This document shows positions 60,575-64,000 of a stretch of DNA of 64,000 nucleotides, piece after piece. Within the stretch, counting starts at the first letter, position 1. Every line of letters begins with the position of its first letter. Origin of the DNA: Microcoleus sp. (GTDB taxonomy: Bacteria; Cyanobacteriota; Cyanobacteriia; Cyanobacteriales; Microcoleaceae); the NCBI GenBank assembly GCA_052279835.1, contig CP181291.1, forward strand, positions 5,184,001 through 5,248,000, given 5' to 3'. A model generated the notes under the pieces. That model worked only from the letters and a program-made list of their open reading frames with translations, searched no databases and was not told the DNA's origin. Made by a program: the position numbers and the translations under genes.

Positions 60575-63500
60575 ATGGCTACTTCTAATTTTAAGTTCCA
60601 AGAAGTTTACGCTAAACTCATTGAAAATGCTGGCAAAACTAGAATTGTCGTAATGAACGGCATCTTAACTCCCAAAAATGTGTTCGATCAAGGAAAAATG
60701 TTTGATGAAGTCTTAGGGTTAACTAATTTACCTAATTCCATTGATTTCAAACCTCAATATAATCCCACATCAGAACCGAATGGTTCTGGTAAGTGGCCTA
60801 CATGGCAGAAATGGAATTTTGCACCTGGACTTGAAACTACTTTTGATGGCTTGGCTGACTTTTTAGCAGATAAGTTTTTTAAGCCAGCAGTTGATTATTG
60901 GAATAATAATGTTCCTTGGTTGAGCGATGAATGGTTCAATAACATTGAGATAAAAGATACTGCTCAAGCGATAATTAAAAACCCTTCTTTGATTAGATCT
61001 ATGCCTGATTTTAGAATAGAATTAATCATTAAATTTTTGGATCGGTATCAAGGATTTGACAAGATCGATCAGAGATTAAACAATGGCTTTTCTAATAATT
61101 ACAATGAAAATAGCCCACCCAATGATCTAGTGGAGGCATTAACGCAATTTTGGACGGAGACCATTTCACAGGCTAGTACAAGCGTTAACAGTGAGTGGGT
61201 TACGAAAGATTTATCTGATTTTTTGTTGTCAAGTCGTGAAAATTCATTGATTATAATTCCTCACTCTCAAGGTAATTTCTTTGTCGAAGACGCATTGAGA
61301 ATGGAGCCGTTAGTCAACGCAGGCCTGAATAATCTGAAAGTCCTTGCTTTAGGTTCACCAACTAATTATACATCGCAAGGTGTGACGACTCCATATGTTA
61401 CATCATACAACAATTCTGGCGATCCAATTACTAAACTTCAGTTTCAAGGAGGAGCATCTAATCAAGATAAAATGAGAACTTTCTGGAAAACTCTAAAAGA
61501 AGTTATGACGTTCCCTGGGAAGTTAGCTCTTGATAGCAATCACGATCTAGAAAAATATTTGAAAAGAGATGATTTTCACACGGATCTAATACAGACTTTT
61601 GAGAGAATGAATTCGAGGGGATATTACTTTGCTGATGGTAAAACAACCTTCAGTTATCCCATATCCGCAGCAGGAACAGAACATGATGATTGGATTGAAG
61701 GTAGCACCGGTGAAGATCAGGTTGTAGGCGGGGCGCGAAATGATGTTTTGCAGGGCAAAGAAGGAAATGATAATTTAAGAGGTGACAGCGGATTTGATGT
61801 TTTGGATGGTGGAGAAGGAGGAACTGATACTGCTAATTATTCCAGCAGCCCAATTGGCATTAAAGTTTGGGCTGATAAAGTTGATGACAAATTTGATGTT
61901 TACAAAGTTGAAGATGGCTTTGTTGTTAAAGGTCAGAAAACTGTAGACACTCTTGGCAATATCGAAATCATCAGCGGCTCAAATTTTAATGACACAATGA
62001 CCGGCGGTGCCTACACCGATATCTTCTACGGTCAAGGTGGAAACGACCTTTTTTGGGGACAAAAAGGAGACGATACATTCTACGGTGGTACTGGTAATGA
62101 CACAGCTTACGGCGGCGATGACAATGACGACCTCCGAGGGGAAGAAGGCAGCGACAATTTAAGAGGAGAAAAGGGCAACGACACTATCTACGGTGGTAGT
62201 GAAAATGACTTCCTTTACGGTGGTGACGGTGAAGACGAACTTCGAGGCGAACAAGGTTCTGATGAACTCCGAGGAGAAAAGGGCAACGACACCCTCTACG
62301 GCGGTAGCGAAAATGACTTCCTCTACGGTGGCGATGGCGAAGACGAACTTCGTGGCGAACAAGGTGCGGATGAACTGCGAGGAGAAGTTGGCAACGACAC
62401 TCTCTATGGCGGTACCGAAAATGATTCGTTGTACGGCGGTGATGGTGAAGACGAACTTCGTGGCGAACAAGGCGATGACGTATTAAGAGGAGAAGCCGGA
62501 AATGACACTTTATATGGTGGCGATGACCAAGACCAACTTTACGGTGGATTAAATGCCGACTTACTCTATGGCAACGCTGGCAACGACCAACTTTTCGGTG
62601 AAGATGGCGACGACATCCTTGATGGCGGTAGCGACAACGATACCCTTCTCGGAGGCAACGGCGATGACAAACTCTACGGCCAATCCGGCAACGATATCAT
62701 CCAAGGAAACACGGGCGAAGACTACGCCGAAGGTGGCAGCGGCCGCGACTTCATCCAAGGCAATGAAGGCAACGACATCCTCTACGGACAAGATGGCAGC
62801 GACACCATAGAAGGCAACGCCGATGATGACTACATCGACGGTGGCAACGGCGCAGACTTGCTTTCCGGCAATACCGGAGATGACAGAATTTACGGACAAG
62901 CTGGCAACGATATCATCCAAGGCAATGAAAACAATGACTGGCTAGAAGGCGGCGACGGCCAAGACATAATTGATGGGGGTGCCGACGACGATGATATTTA
63001 CGGACAAGCTGGCGAAGACAATCTTTTCGGCAGTCAAGGCCAAGATTACATCGATGGTGGCGACGGCAAAGATACCTTGTTTGGCGGCCTCGATGACGAC
63101 GTACTTTTAGGCCAAGCGGGCGATGACACTCTCAACGGCAACGCTGGCAACGATGAATTATTTGGCGGTACTGGCAATGACTCGTTAATCGGAGAAATCG
63201 GCGATGATTTAATTGACGGCGGTGAAGGAGTCGATCTCGTTAATTACATCAATTCTCCTAGGGGCGTTATCGTTAATATTGACGAAAATAGCGACTACGA
63301 CACTAACACCAAACAACGTTTCAAAGAATTCGTTACCGATGTCAATCCCAGCGAATATTACACCGAACTCGAACGGGATTTTGAAATTGCGGCTGGTACT
63401 GGCAAAGACGGTTTTGGCAATACCGATGCTTTGAGAAACTTAGAAGACATCATCGGTACTCGCTTTGAAGACATCTTAATTGGCAACGAAAAAGATAACC

Positions 63501-64000
63501 GAATTTGGGCATTAGAAGGCAACGATTTATTAATTGGCAATGCCGGCAATGACTCATTTTACGGCGGAGAAGGCATCGACATTCTCAGCTACCGTCGCGA
63601 CCCGAACGGCGTTACTGTCAATTTACAAACAGGCGATGCTATTGACGGTTGGAAAGGCCAAGACAAAATTACTGGCATTGAAAACGTCGCCGGTTCTCGC
63701 CATGACGATAATATTACCGGCGACGATAGCGTTAACGTTATCACTGGCGATGCTGGGAACGATCGCATTTACGGACTCGGTGGCAACGACAAACTCTACG
63801 GCGAATTCGGCAACGACTTAATCTACGGTGGCGATGGCGGCGACAGCATCTACGGCAACCAAGACCGAGACACACTATACGGTGAAGCCGGTCGAGACTA
63901 CATCCGAGGTGGCGATGCCGACGACTTAATCTACGCCGGTAGCGATGACGACACCGTTGCCGGAGACGCTGGCTACGGCAACGACACGATTTTTGGCGAA
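60575..64000 (+). CDS. Large RTX protein with N-terminal alpha/beta-hydrolase (lipase-like) domain; 3'-partial
   Basis: GAGGA RBS and ATG at 60575; frame open to the window end (1142 codons); PHSQG, ALGSP, GDP and NH motifs, then dozens of GGxGxD repeats. Confidence 0.9.
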   Translation, partial: MATSNFKFQEVYAKLIENAGKTRIVVMNGILTPKNVFDQGKMFDEVLGLTNLPNSIDFKPQYNPTSEPNGSGKWPTWQKWNFAPGLETTFDGLADFLADKFFKPAVDYWNNNVPWLSDEWFNNIEIKDTAQAIIKNPSLIRSMPDFRIELIIKFLDRYQGFDKIDQRLNNGFSNNYNENSPPNDLVEALTQFWTETISQASTSVNSEWVTKDLSDFLLSSRENSLIIIPHSQGNFFVEDALRMEPLVNAGLNNLKVLALGSPTNYTSQGVTTPYVTSYNNSGDPITKLQFQGGASNQDKMRTFWKTLKEVMTFPGKLALDSNHDLEKYLKRDDFHTDLIQTFERMNSRGYYFADGKTTFSYPISAAGTEHDDWIEGSTGEDQVVGGARNDVLQGKEGNDNLRGDSGFDVLDGGEGGTDTANYSSSPIGIKVWADKVDDKFDVYKVEDGFVVKGQKTVDTLGNIEIISGSNFNDTMTGGAYTDIFYGQGGNDLFWGQKGDDTFYGGTGNDTAYGGDDNDDLRGEEGSDNLRGEKGNDTIYGGSENDFLYGGDGEDELRGEQGSDELRGEKGNDTLYGGSENDFLYGGDGEDELRGEQGADELRGEVGNDTLYGGTENDSLYGGDGEDELRGEQGDDVLRGEAGNDTLYGGDDQDQLYGGLNADLLYGNAGNDQLFGEDGDDILDGGSDNDTLLGGNGDDKLYGQSGNDIIQGNTGEDYAEGGSGRDFIQGNEGNDILYGQDGSDTIEGNADDDYIDGGNGADLLSGNTGDDRIYGQAGNDIIQGNENNDWLEGGDGQDIIDGGADDDDIYGQAGEDNLFGSQGQDYIDGGDGKDTLFGGLDDDVLLGQAGDDTLNGNAGNDELFGGTGNDSLIGEIGDDLIDGGEGVDLVNYINSPRGVIVNIDENSDYDTNTKQRFKEFVTDVNPSEYYTELERDFEIAAGTGKDGFGNTDALRNLEDIIGTRFEDILIGNEKDNRIWALEGNDLLIGNAGNDSFYGGEGIDILSYRRDPNGVTVNLQTGDAIDGWKGQDKITGIENVAGSRHDDNITGDDSVNVITGDAGNDRIYGLGGNDKLYGEFGNDLIYGGDGGDSIYGNQDRDTLYGEAGRDYIRGGDADDLIYAGSDDDTVAGDAGYGNDTIFGE
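62163..62525 (+). repeat. 108-bp tandem repeat within the RTX region
   Basis: GAGGAGAA...GGCAACGAC-type units start at 62163, 62271, 62379 and 62487. Confidence 0.8.

Larger units (their letters stand above)
1..64000. repeat. HIP1 octamer GCGATCGC dispersed throughout
   Basis: Many copies in genes and intergenic DNA, e.g. 912, 1599, 1812. Confidence 0.9.

Noticed and set aside
62159..63821. Several short ORFs on both strands
   Set aside because: They are shadow frames of the RTX gene starting at 60575

Overview
Chromosomal segment of a filamentous cyanobacterium. The HIP1 octamer GCGATCGC is abundant and heptamer tandem repeats are common; Microcoleus/Oscillatoriales-like is my inference. 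Housekeeping genes: ispD, purU, fbaA, dxs, tRNA-Lys. Accessory genes: tandem XRE regulators, a degenerate DICT/HD-GYP protein between two DUF2993 paralogs, a PlsY-like/PEP-utilizing dikinase fusion, an RTX-vanadium haloperoxidase behind an ATPase-less MacAB-type exporter, a Wzm/Wzt glycan cluster with sulfotransferase fusions, and a Ser/Thr kinase-AAA-GAF-His kinase / response regulator / adenylate cyclase chain. The ORF track misses several items. One is a >1140-codon RTX gene from 60575 that runs off the window and has an N-terminal Ser-Asp-His hydrolase domain, preceded by a ~315-bp tandem array. Others are IS5 and IS630 remnants, a TnpB 3' end with an apparently intact right end whose putative guide resembles an IS630 terminus, an IS-disrupted aspartyl protease, and a short ParB/Srx-like ORF. 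Small DNA repeats are inserted in frame in three genes. At least five +1 homopolymer frameshifts, one in the normally essential dxs, are probably sequencing errors. All family calls come from reading motifs, not from database searches.
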